DNA of 32,000 nucleotides from Thermodesulfobacterium commune DSM 2178. GTDB lineage: Bacteria > Desulfobacterota > Thermodesulfobacteria > Thermodesulfobacteriales > Thermodesulfobacteriaceae. Numbering within the stretch: position 1 is the stretch's first letter; every line of letters starts with the position of its first letter. The notes below the pieces were generated by a model that did not search any database, was not told the origin of the DNA, and saw only the letters and a program-made list of their open reading frames with translations. The stretch lies in contig NZ_CP008796.1 of the NCBI RefSeq assembly GCF_000734015.1, forward strand, positions 120,001 to 152,000, read 5' to 3'. Shown piece after piece: positions 1-8,389 of this stretch. The position numbers and the translations under genes were made by a program.

Positions 1-1
1 A

Positions 2-1459
2 GGTGGAATTGCCTGTGTTATGGGAGAAGATGATAGTTTTGAGTTGCATATTCAAGATACGATGATAGCAGGGGACGGAATATGTAAAAGAGAGACAGTA
101 GAGTTGGTGGTTAAGTCTGCTCCTGACAGGATAAAAGATCTTATAACCTGGGGAGTTTCTTTTGACAGAGACCCTGAAAATCCTCAAAAATACCATCTAA
201 CCCTTGAAGGTGGTCATTCAAAAAGAAGGATCCTTCATGTAGGAGACTATACAGGAAGGGCTATAGAAAAGACCTTGCTTGAAAGAGTTTTTGAAGAAAA
301 CAATATAGAAATTTTAGAAAACCATTTTGTGGTGAAGATTCTTGTAGATAAAAAGAGAGTAACTTCAAGCCCTAAGGTTATAGGAGGGTTGGTACTTGAC
401 CTTAATCAATCCAAACCTTTGATAATACTGGCTAAGGTGATAGTACTTTGTACCGGAGGGGTGGGTAAAGTCTATCTTTACACCAGTAATCCTGATACTT
501 CAACCGGTGATGGGATTGCGATGGCTTATTCCTTAGGATGTAGGGTTGCTAACATGGAGTTTATTCAGTTTCATCCCACCTGTCTTTATCATCCAAAAGC
601 TAAAAATTTTCTAATTTCAGAGTCCTTAAGAGGAGAGGGGGCGGTTTTGCTTAACGCCGAAGGAAAAAGATTTATGCATAAATACGACCCGGTAAGAAAA
701 GAATTAGCCCCAAGAGATGTGGTGACCCGAGCGATAGACATGGAGTTAAAAAAGACCGGTGCTGAGTGTGTCTATCTTGACATTACCCATTTACCTTCGG
801 ACTACGTAAAAAAGAGGTTCCCACAGATCTATGAAACTTGTTTGAAATATGGGATAGATATTACCTCTCAACCTATCCCTGTAGTGCCTGCTGCTCATTA
901 TCTTTGTGGAGGGATTTATACCAATCTTTGGGGTCAGACTGACATCCCTAACCTTTTTGCCGTGGGGGAATGTGCCTATACAGGTCTTCATGGAGCAAAC
1001 CGATTAGCCTCTAATTCTCTTTTAGAAGGCATCTGTTTTGCTCATCAAGCAAGTCTTAAAATCAGAGAACTTTGGCCTGAAATCAGGGAAACCTCCTTTA
1101 CCTTACCTAAGATAAAAGACCCTATCATCAAAGAAATCAAGGAAGAAATGGTATTTGTTTCTCATAATTGGGATTTGATAAGAAAGGTAATGTGGGATTT
1201 TGTAGGGATAGTAAGAAGTTTGAAAATGTTGGAGTTTGCGAGAAAAAGGCTTGAGTTTATTCGAAGAGAAATAGAAGCCAACTGGGAAGGACTTTACTTA
1301 GACCTTGATGTAATGGAACTGAAAAATTTATGTATGGTGGCTGAGATTATCATAAAATCTGCTCAATCTCGTCTGGAATCTCGGGGGACTCACTATTTGA
1401 TAGACTATCCTGAAAAAAGGGTAGAATATCTAAAGGAAACAATCCTCACAAAATATTAA
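2..1459 (+). CDS. nadB: L-aspartate oxidase, 5'-truncated by the window edge
   Basis: The frame is open from base 2 (GGIACVMGEDDS...). Flavoprotein motifs are HPTCLYHP, SESLRGEGA and LFAVGECAYTGLHGANRLASNSLLE, typical of the NadB/succinate dehydrogenase flavoprotein family. The size and C-terminal helical domain fit NadB. Confidence 0.9.
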   Translation, partial: GGIACVMGEDDSFELHIQDTMIAGDGICKRETVELVVKSAPDRIKDLITWGVSFDRDPENPQKYHLTLEGGHSKRRILHVGDYTGRAIEKTLLERVFEENNIEILENHFVVKILVDKKRVTSSPKVIGGLVLDLNQSKPLIILAKVIVLCTGGVGKVYLYTSNPDTSTGDGIAMAYSLGCRVANMEFIQFHPTCLYHPKAKNFLISESLRGEGAVLLNAEGKRFMHKYDPVRKELAPRDVVTRAIDMELKKTGAECVYLDITHLPSDYVKKRFPQIYETCLKYGIDITSQPIPVVPAAHYLCGGIYTNLWGQTDIPNLFAVGECAYTGLHGANRLASNSLLEGICFAHQASLKIRELWPEIRETSFTLPKIKDPIIKEIKEEMVFVSHNWDLIRKVMWDFVGIVRSLKMLEFARKRLEFIRREIEANWEGLYLDLDVMELKNLCMVAEIIIKSAQSRLESRGTHYLIDYPEKRVEYLKETILTKY

Positions 1460-1559
1460 ATAAAAAATTAAATAAAAAGTTAAAAATTAACAAAAATTAG
1501 CTTTACAAAACAAAAATTTTTGATAAGATTAATAAAAATTGAGTGTGCAGGAGGTTAGG

Positions 1560-1760
1560 GTGAAGGTTATTTTTGACCCAGACATTCCAGAAGAGTTAAA
1601 AGAAGATATCATAAAGTCAATAGAAGAGGAAAACGTTGGAGAGATATGTAAAGTATGTGGGGGGGATACCCTTTATGTAGCCCTTTTAGAAGGGGTGTTA
1701 GATGTTAAATGTTACGAATGTGGCCATTCATATATAGAATTAGAACTGGCTGAGGAGTAG
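1560..1760 (+). CDS. Small acidic zinc-ribbon protein, unknown function (66 aa from GTG 1560; the track ORF starts at TTG 1539)
   Basis: Two CxxC pairs (CKVCGG ... CYECGH). AGGAGG at 1549-1554 lies 5 nt before GTG 1560, which favours that start over TTG 1539. An AT-rich promoter-like region lies upstream. Confidence 0.55.
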   Translation: MKVIFDPDIPEELKEDIIKSIEEENVGEICKVCGGDTLYVALLEGVLDVKCYECGHSYIELELAEE

Positions 1761-1761
1761 T

Positions 1762-2397
1762 TTAGAGAAATAAATTCAAGATGTTTTTAAAAGGTATAGC
1801 ACCAGCTCTAATCAAAGAAAGTTGATTGTTCACCACAGAAACTACCGTAGATGGAGAAGTCGCTTCTAAATAGCCATAATCGACTATAAAGTCAAGATCT
1901 GGAAGTTGTTGTATAACTTCTTCGGGAGAAGAACAAGGAGGCTTTTCTGAAAGATTAGCACTGGTTCCGGTTATAGGTTTACCAAAGGCTTTGACAATGG
2001 CCTTTACTATTGGGGAAGAGGAAAGCCTTATCCCGATGGTTCCTGTCCCTGCGGTTAGATAATCAGAAAGGTTTTTTTTGGCTGGAAAAACTATGGTTAA
2101 AGGTCCTGGCCAGAATTTTTCTATAAGTCTTTCTGCAATCGGAGGAATTTCTTCTACTAAAAAGTAAAGTTGTTCTCTTTCTCCTATAAGAAGAAGGATT
2201 GGTTTGTGTTGAGGCCTATTTTTGAGTAAAAAAAGTTTTTCTAAGGACTTATCTGAAAAAGGGTCTGTAGCTAGACCATAAAAGGTTTCTGTAGGAATAG
2301 CACCTACAGCCTGTTTTTTTAAAAATTGGGCCGTCTGTTTAGCAATTTCTTCCAGATTAGAAAGGTCTTTTTTAAGTTTAAGAAGCTGAGGAGGCAT
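1762..2397 (-). CDS. tsaC: L-threonylcarbamoyladenylate synthase (YrdC/Sua5 family, short form)
   Basis: Motifs PTETFYGLA, KNRPQHKPILLLI, WPGPLTIV, IGIRLSSSP and GTSANLSEKP match the YrdC-domain signature. Length is 211 aa. Confidence 0.85.
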   Translation of the reverse strand: MPPQLLKLKKDLSNLEEIAKQTAQFLKKQAVGAIPTETFYGLATDPFSDKSLEKLFLLKNRPQHKPILLLIGEREQLYFLVEEIPPIAERLIEKFWPGPLTIVFPAKKNLSDYLTAGTGTIGIRLSSSPIVKAIVKAFGKPITGTSANLSEKPPCSSPEEVIQQLPDLDFIVDYGYLEATSPSTVVSVVNNQLSLIRAGAIPFKNILNLFL

Positions 2398-3145
2398 CTT
2401 TTTCTTCTAAGGCTGGTTCGGAAGGTTCTTCCGGTAGATAAAACTTTTTAAAAAAGATCAGTCTTTTACAGTGGGGACATTCGTAGTATCTATTATCTCT
2501 TTGGATTTCATTATAGAGTTGCGGAGGTATGGCCATATGGCATCCTTCACATACATAGTTATCGACCGGGGCTATTCCTATTCCTCCTTTTCTTTCCCTT
2601 AAAAGCTCGTATTTTTTTAAGAGTCTGGCAGGTATTTTTTTACTTAAACTTATCCTTTGTTCTATAAGTTTGGCCTTTTCCTGATTTAGCTGGTTACAAT
2701 AATCATCAAACTTTTGTTTTTCCTGGTTAAAAATTTCTTCTACCTTGGCAAATTCCTCTTCTAATTTTCTTTTTTCTTGTTCTAACTTCTCTATCTCTTC
2801 CATTAGTTTTAGAATTTCTTCTTCTTTTTGTTTGTTAGCCTTTTTGATTTCTTCTATCTCTCTTAATAGAAGCTGATATTCTCTGGTACCTCTTATCTGG
2901 ACTAATCTTGCCTGGGTGCTTTTAAGCCTTTGGTATTCCTGTTTTAATTCCTCTTCAAAAAGGTTTTTTTGTTTGGTTTTTTCTTCTATCAGGTTTTTAA
3001 AATGTTCTATTTTGTTGAACAACTGATCTTTTTCTTTTTGTGCTTTTTGAAGACTTTGAGGTATTTCTTGTACGGCTTTTTCTATCTTAAGGATTTCTAA
3101 GTCTAAGTTTTGAAGCTCTATCAATCGCAGAATTTCCTCTTGCAT
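2378..3145 (-). CDS. Coiled-coil protein with a C-terminal C4 zinc ribbon (COG1579/DUF164-like)
   Basis: A long K/E/Q-rich heptad region is followed by CEGCHMAIPP...ECPHCKRLI. It sits immediately downstream of a Nif3 gene, the usual conserved pairing. Confidence 0.75.
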   Translation of the reverse strand: MQEEILRLIELQNLDLEILKIEKAVQEIPQSLQKAQKEKDQLFNKIEHFKNLIEEKTKQKNLFEEELKQEYQRLKSTQARLVQIRGTREYQLLLREIEEIKKANKQKEEEILKLMEEIEKLEQEKRKLEEEFAKVEEIFNQEKQKFDDYCNQLNQEKAKLIEQRISLSKKIPARLLKKYELLRERKGGIGIAPVDNYVCEGCHMAIPPQLYNEIQRDNRYYECPHCKRLIFFKKFYLPEEPSEPALEEKDASSAS

Positions 3146-3960
3146 TTATTCTCCTCCGTCAATAATATTTGATATGGACTAGGTTCTCTAAAAATTTCTA
3201 TTTTGAGATTAAGGTTATAAGAAGTTATAAATTTAACCAGAGATGTTTTTAACCAGTCAAGTACCAAACCTTCTGCTATTCCATGGTCTATGACTATAAA
3301 ATTAAACCCTTCTTCTAAAGAATCTTTTGCTACGTGGTATTTTACGTCTGAGGTTATCAGGGTGTTAATCCCTAAGTTCTTAAGCTCATCTTTTAAAAAA
3401 GCCCCTGAACCTCCACATACCCCAAAGGCTTTGATAGGGGTCTCTAAGTCTCCTACCACCATCACCCAACTTTTAAGAACTTTTCCTAATTTTTTAGCTA
3501 AGTCTTGCAGTTTAATAGATTTTTTTAAATATACAACCCTTCCTAATCCAAAAACTTTTTGATTTTTTTCTTGCAAAGAGATAAACCGTTCCCCTTTGAG
3601 ATTTAAAGCCCTTAAGATTGCCTCTGAGACCCCTTCTTCTATCTTGTCTAATGGTGTGTGCCATGAGATAAGATTTATCTTTTCTTGGATTAACCGATAG
3701 ATAAGATGGCCTTTAGGGTCTTCTTTTATTATTTGGGTTAGAGGTTTAAAAATAAACGGATGATGACTTATAATAAGATTAAGTCGGTTTTCCAAAGCAT
3801 AATCTATGGCCTTAGAGGTAAGGTCTACAACCAAGAGAACCCCAGAAACTTCATCTTCAAAAGACCCTACCTGTAGACCATTATTATCTTGTGGTTCTGC
3901 TATGGTAAGTGGAGCAAGTTGATTTAAAAAGTTATAAAAGTCTTTTGTTTTAAAAGACAT
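3121..3960 (-). CDS. Nif3-like dinuclear metal centre protein (YbgI / GTP cyclohydrolase 1 type 2 homolog family)
   Basis: ISHHPFIF motif, C-terminal IDHGIAE, 279 aa, and adjacency to the COG1579 zinc-ribbon gene. Confidence 0.85.
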   Translation of the reverse strand: MSFKTKDFYNFLNQLAPLTIAEPQDNNGLQVGSFEDEVSGVLLVVDLTSKAIDYALENRLNLIISHHPFIFKPLTQIIKEDPKGHLIYRLIQEKINLISWHTPLDKIEEGVSEAILRALNLKGERFISLQEKNQKVFGLGRVVYLKKSIKLQDLAKKLGKVLKSWVMVVGDLETPIKAFGVCGGSGAFLKDELKNLGINTLITSDVKYHVAKDSLEEGFNFIVIDHGIAEGLVLDWLKTSLVKFITSYNLNLKIEIFREPSPYQILLTEENKCKRKFCD

Positions 3961-3982
3961 ATAGATTATATGGATTTTTAAA

Positions 3983-4056
3983 TGGGCCCGCCAGGACTCG
4001 AACCTGGGACCTTCCGGTTATGAGCCGGTGGCTCTAACCAGCTGAGCTACGGGCCC
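3983..4056 (-). tRNA. tRNA with CAT anticodon (elongator Met or lysidine-modified Ile2); no encoded CCA
   Basis: Minus-strand read: GGGCCCG TA GCTC AGCTGGTTA GAGC C ACCGG CTCATAA CCGGA AGGTC CCAGG TTCGAGT CCTGG CGGGCCC A. This gives a full cloverleaf with a 7-bp acceptor stem, a T-loop TTCGAGT and the anticodon loop CT-CAT-AA. Confidence 0.9.
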
Positions 4057-4071
4057 ATTATATATTTAACA

Positions 4072-4099
4072 AAAATAATATAATTTATTTGTTTGTCAA
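4072..4099 (-). promoter_or_regulatory. Putative sigma70-type promoter for the tRNA and downstream nif3 operon
   Basis: On the minus strand: TTGACA (4099-4094), a 16-nt spacer, then TATTTT (4077-4072), about 15 nt upstream of the tRNA 5' end. Confidence 0.35.
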
Positions 4100-4121
4100 G
4101 GTGGTTAAGGGTTTAATAAAA

Positions 4122-4880
4122 TTAATCGTTTTCTTTAGAAGATTCTAATACTTCGTTTTGAGTGTTTTCTAAAAGATTCCTTCTCAGCAAAAACCTTGAA
4201 AGGAAAATTCCTAACTCAAAGAGTACATAAAGAGGAATGGACAAAAGGGCCATATTAAAGGCATCTGGAGTTGGGGTTATAACCGCAGAAAGCACAGCTA
4301 TACCAAAAAAGATTTCCTTGCGATACTTGGTGATTTTATAGGGATTTAATATTTTGGTTAGAGACAAAAAGGTTAAAAAAAGAGGGAGCTCAAAGATTAG
4401 CCCAAAGGCAATCACAAAAAAAGAAAAAAAGTTAACAAAATGCCCTAAGGAAATGGAAGGCTCTATTTTTTCTGTGCGAAAGGAAAGCAAAAACCTTATT
4501 CCATAAGGTAGGGTAATAAAATAGGCAAACACCACCCCCAAATAAAAAAGACCCAATCCCAATAGATAGAACATCCAAAAAAACTTTTTTTTTAAATTGA
4601 AAATCAAGTTCAAAGCATTTAAAATAAGATAAAAAATAAACGGAAAAATGACTAAAACAGTTAAAACCAAGGAAAATTTTAAAAAGGAGGTAATAGGTTC
4701 TGACAGGCTATAGAAAACAAACTTTTGTTGGTAGGTATGTTGAAGAAAATTAAGTATATAAGGAGAGGCTAAAAAAAAACCTATGTAAAGAGAGATAAAG
4801 AAAAAAAGGATTAAGAAACTTTTTTTCTTCCAAAAGGTTAAGAGATATTTGAGAGATTGAGCTATCTTTTTGGTATACAT
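4122..4880 (-). CDS. tatC: Twin-arginine translocase subunit TatC
   Basis: 252 aa with about 6 TM segments. The TatC-like conserved stretch ITPTPDAFNM lies near the C-terminus, and the F/L-rich helices have the typical spacing. Confidence 0.85.
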   Translation of the reverse strand: MYTKKIAQSLKYLLTFWKKKSFLILFFFISLYIGFFLASPYILNFLQHTYQQKFVFYSLSEPITSFLKFSLVLTVLVIFPFIFYLILNALNLIFNLKKKFFWMFYLLGLGLFYLGVVFAYFITLPYGIRFLLSFRTEKIEPSISLGHFVNFFSFFVIAFGLIFELPLFLTFLSLTKILNPYKITKYRKEIFFGIAVLSAVITPTPDAFNMALLSIPLYVLFELGIFLSRFLLRRNLLENTQNEVLESSKEND

Positions 4881-5692
4881 TAAAGTAAGTTGGCTTTAAC
4901 CCAGTTTACTGCATTTTTAAAGATTTCAAGCCCAGCTACTGTTAGGTTCTTTTCTCGAGTCCAACGAGGATGGTTGGTAAAATGGTTAAAGGCTTCTGGG
5001 TGAGGCATAAGTCCAAAAATACGTCCGGTAGGGTCTGTTAAACCAGCCACGGCTTCAACTGCCCCGTTAGGGTTGTAGGGATATTCTAAGGTGGGTTTTC
5101 GGGTTTCAGGGTGGATATATTGGAGGGCAATAAGTCCTTGAGATTTTATCTCTTCAAGCACTTTTTCGTCCTGAGGGATAAATTTACCTTCTCCATGCCT
5201 TACCGGAAGGTAAAGTTCGTCTAAACCTTCTAAAAAGATACATTTGGTTTGTGGGTTTACTTTCAGATAAACCCATCTGTCTTCAAACTTACCTGAGTCG
5301 TTATAGGTAAGGGTAACCTTTCTTTCTCCTAAGTATTTTCCTCCTGGTAAAAGCCCCATTTTCACCAACAGTTGAAATCCATTACATATTCCTAAGATAA
5401 GCCCTCCTTTTTTCAGAAAAATCATAAGTTTTTCCCAGAGATAAGTCCCGTCTTTTAGTTTTAAATGTTTAAACCTGTGGGCACAAGCCTGAGCACTCCC
5501 TAAGTGATCTCCGTCTAAGAAACCCCCAGGAAAACAGATGATTTGATAATCAAGAAGGTTCTTTTCTCCAGAAAAGATTTCAGATAGATGAACTATCTCA
5601 GGGTCTCCTCCCGCAAGTTTAAAAGCATAGGAAGTTTCTACTTCACAGTTTATACCATATCCCCATAGAACAAGAACTCTTGGTTTTTTCAT
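4880..5692 (-). CDS. purQ: Phosphoribosylformylglycinamidine synthase, glutamine amidotransferase subunit (long PurQ form)
   Basis: Class-I GATase triad context: GICNGFQLL (Cys nucleophile), RHGEGKF and MPHPE. 270 aa. Its stop overlaps the tatC start (TAATG). Confidence 0.85.
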   Translation of the reverse strand: MKKPRVLVLWGYGINCEVETSYAFKLAGGDPEIVHLSEIFSGEKNLLDYQIICFPGGFLDGDHLGSAQACAHRFKHLKLKDGTYLWEKLMIFLKKGGLILGICNGFQLLVKMGLLPGGKYLGERKVTLTYNDSGKFEDRWVYLKVNPQTKCIFLEGLDELYLPVRHGEGKFIPQDEKVLEEIKSQGLIALQYIHPETRKPTLEYPYNPNGAVEAVAGLTDPTGRIFGLMPHPEAFNHFTNHPRWTREKNLTVAGLEIFKNAVNWVKANLL

Positions 5693-5696
5693 AGCC

Positions 5697-5725
5697 TTTA
5701 CAAATCTCCTGAGTTAAGTTATAGT
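5697..5725 (+). promoter_or_regulatory. Putative sigma70-type promoter for the large exported protein gene
   Basis: TTTACA (5697-5702), a 17-nt spacer, then TATAGT (5720-5725). The GTG at 5724 used by the ORF track lies inside this -10 box, which argues for the ATG 5772 start. Confidence 0.45.
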
Positions 5726-5771
5726 GTTTTTAATTATATTTCAAGTTTTTTATTTTTCAAAAAGGGAAAAT

Positions 5772-8378
5772 ATGGCAAACTGGAAAACAGCTTTTTTTCT
5801 TTTATTATTAATAGTTTTGGGGGTGTTTTTGTGCCCTTTTTGGTCTTACGGAGCTTATTTGCATCTCAAAATGGATTTAGAGTTAAAACCCAATGCTATA
5901 GAAGGTAGCTTGCAAACAGTTTTACAGGAAAAAAAGATTCAAACCTTTGAGACAGAAGGGCTTCATTTCAAAGAAGCCATTTTAGATGGGAAACCTTTTT
6001 CTTCAGTACCTTTTAAAGAATCGGCTTTAACCTTTTTGGCTGAAAAGCCAAACAGCCCATTATTTTTATATTTCGAAAAATCTGTAAATTTTACCGTGGT
6101 TCCTTTTAATTTCATAGACCGGTTTATCCCCTTACCTAGGGAGCCCTTTACTTATGAAATTACTTTAAAGGTTCCAAAAAAACTAGGATATTTTGCGCTA
6201 ATCCCCTCAGAGGATTACGAAGTAAAAGAAGAAGGGGGATTTTTGCTATATAAGTTTAAAAACCTAAAACCGATAAAATCTCCGGTTTTAATTCTTTCGA
6301 AAGAACCTTTTGTCTCTTCAGTTTTAACCTATAAAAATTTGAAAATTTCTCTGTATTCCTTAGATAACAACAAGGTTTTCTCTAAAGAAGAGGTTTCTTC
6401 TTGGTTTCAAAAAGTTAAGCCTGCTTTAGCAGCTTTAGATAAGAAATTTTCTGAGGTTTATCCATTTTCTAAGCTTTTTGTGTTCTTGATAAAGGATCAG
6501 GAACCTAAGTTAGATTATTCAAATACTCTTTTGGTTAATTCTTCAATTTTGGATGACCCTTGGGAGTTTAGCGCTTTAGTGAACGAAAAACGTTTGAAAG
6601 AAGGGGTTTTTTACCAAGAAGATCAAAGGGTTAAAGGACTTGCCTTGTTTTTTAAAGATGTTGCTCAGGGAAAAGTGGAATTGCGAAAAAAAATACTCAG
6701 CACCTCATCTTTAGAAAGCAAAAGTTTTTTTTACTTTTTAGAACTTAAGCAAAGATTAGGTGAGGAGGTTCTTTTAAGTAGACTAAAACATTTTTACGAA
6801 ACCAAACTTTTTATCCCTCAATCTTTTGAAGACCTTTTAACTTATCTAAAGTCTTCTTTCCCGGAAGTTTTTGTTTCCTTTTCGGATTTTTCTGTGTTTA
6901 AAAAGCTCTATCTCAGAGGAGAGGTAGTATTTTTGCAACCTAAGGAAGGAGGCTACGAATTAACCTTAGCTTTAATCAAGTCTACATCTCCACATACTCT
7001 TACTCCAAACGAACGTGAGGTGGTGGTTAAATTTTCTGTGGTGTGTAAAAACGTGACTTATTCTTTTGTAAAAAATGTGACAAGTCCTTACCAAATCGTT
7101 CAGGTTTGGGTAAAAGAAAGACCTGAAGAGATATATTTAGACCCAGATTATACTGTATGGAGGGTTTTAGAAAAAAAAGAAGAGTATTTAGGGGTGGACA
7201 GGCTGTTAGAAAATCCAGGAGTTTTGGTTTATCCTGAAGAGGAGTTTTTACTTTATCAAAAAATAATAGAGGTTTTTAGGAAAAAGGGATATAAAATATT
7301 ACCGGTTAAAGACCCTTCTCAAGTTGTTTTGGATGAGGCTAAAAACGTGGTTTATTTACATAGATTTCCTTTTCCCTGGATGATAAAGCATATAGACCAG
7401 GGAGTATATTTTAAATTAGTTCCTCAACCTTTTGAAAAAGATGGGATGTTAGGTTATTTTTTTTCCTCTTCAGTAAAGGAAACGGAGCTTGTAGTTAATC
7501 TTTGGCATAGCTTGAATTCTTTAACTGAAGGATGGATAAAATCAGGCAAGATATTTTCCAAAAAAACCTTAGATTCTCAACAAGGGATTTTAGTTCCTGT
7601 AAGGCTTAAACCGGAGGGGTTTTATACCAAGACTTCTATTACTACTTTCGAACTTGCGCTCCAACTGTCTAATACTCAGCTGGTCTTGATAGGAGAAGAA
7701 AGACAAAATCCAGCTTCTGATTTTACTCAATTTTATCGAGAATTTTTAGAAAACCTGCATCAACTAAACGATAATCTAATAATCACTTTAGACTTACCTT
7801 CTTCCTATCAATCTTTGATAGACCAGTTTCTTGAAAATAAAGTTTCTGCAGAATACCTGAAAAAAGAACTCTCAAAGGTAGAAGTAGGGGTTAATCTTGA
7901 GAACCTAATTGAAGTTCTAAGGTTTGCTAAGATCAAAAAAATAAAGGTTTTAGCCATAGGGGTAGAAGAGAGTCTTTTCCAAAAAGTACTTGATAAAGGA
8001 ATCTTCAGCCTTTCTCAAGAAGAAATTTCTAATCTTCCAGAGATGGACTTGATGAACCCACTTTTAAAAACGTATCTCTACGAAAAATATCAACAGAAAA
8101 AACAGCCTTTTCCTCCCTTTGAAAATTTCTATCAAGCTCATCTTCTAAAAAAAGAAGCTCTTACAGAAAAATTACTTCAGGTGCTTGAAGAATACCCAAA
8201 CTTTCAGACCATTCTTATTACTACTAAAGAGGAAATTATTACTGTTTCTGGGATTACGCAAGGATTACAAAAGAAAAACTTTTTAAATTTTAAAAGGATA
8301 ATTCTTGACAACCAGAAAAGATTGTCTACAGAAGCAGGAGATTATTTGTTTAACGGGGGAGAAAGCAGCCCCCGTTAA
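5772..8378 (+). CDS. Large exported or membrane-anchored hypothetical protein (868 aa from ATG 5772) with a possible degenerate ChaN/Tiki-like C-terminal domain
   Basis: The N-terminus MANWKTAFFLLLLIVLGVFLCPFWSYGAY looks like a signal peptide or anchor. No HExxH or other catalytic motif was recognised. The C-terminal third (LVLIGEERQNPASDF...LITTKEEIITVSGI) resembles the ChaN/haem-binding-uptake fold pattern but lacks its histidines. Coding status is confident; function is not. Confidence 0.55.
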   Translation: MANWKTAFFLLLLIVLGVFLCPFWSYGAYLHLKMDLELKPNAIEGSLQTVLQEKKIQTFETEGLHFKEAILDGKPFSSVPFKESALTFLAEKPNSPLFLYFEKSVNFTVVPFNFIDRFIPLPREPFTYEITLKVPKKLGYFALIPSEDYEVKEEGGFLLYKFKNLKPIKSPVLILSKEPFVSSVLTYKNLKISLYSLDNNKVFSKEEVSSWFQKVKPALAALDKKFSEVYPFSKLFVFLIKDQEPKLDYSNTLLVNSSILDDPWEFSALVNEKRLKEGVFYQEDQRVKGLALFFKDVAQGKVELRKKILSTSSLESKSFFYFLELKQRLGEEVLLSRLKHFYETKLFIPQSFEDLLTYLKSSFPEVFVSFSDFSVFKKLYLRGEVVFLQPKEGGYELTLALIKSTSPHTLTPNEREVVVKFSVVCKNVTYSFVKNVTSPYQIVQVWVKERPEEIYLDPDYTVWRVLEKKEEYLGVDRLLENPGVLVYPEEEFLLYQKIIEVFRKKGYKILPVKDPSQVVLDEAKNVVYLHRFPFPWMIKHIDQGVYFKLVPQPFEKDGMLGYFFSSSVKETELVVNLWHSLNSLTEGWIKSGKIFSKKTLDSQQGILVPVRLKPEGFYTKTSITTFELALQLSNTQLVLIGEERQNPASDFTQFYREFLENLHQLNDNLIITLDLPSSYQSLIDQFLENKVSAEYLKKELSKVEVGVNLENLIEVLRFAKIKKIKVLAIGVEESLFQKVLDKGIFSLSQEEISNLPEMDLMNPLLKTYLYEKYQQKKQPFPPFENFYQAHLLKKEALTEKLLQVLEEYPNFQTILITTKEEIITVSGITQGLQKKNFLNFKRIILDNQKRLSTEAGDYLFNGGESSPR
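8352..8376. terminator. GC-rich perfect hairpin between the convergent 868-aa gene and hup (possible bidirectional terminator or RNA-stability element)
   Basis: AACGGGGG (8352-8359) and CCCCCGTT (8369-8376) form an 8-bp perfect stem with a 9-nt loop. This is conspicuous in an AT-rich genome. Neither strand has an adjacent canonical U-tract, and the hairpin overlaps the last codons of the + strand gene. Confidence 0.3.
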
Positions 8379-8389
8379 ATTCAAACTTT

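Noticed and set aside
5724-5771. GTG 5724 as the start of the large exported protein (the track's 884-aa version)
   Set aside because: The GTG lies inside the predicted -10 box (TATAGT, 5720-5725). The extra 16 residues (MFLIIFQVFYFSKREN) precede a much better signal-peptide N-terminus starting at ATG 5772.
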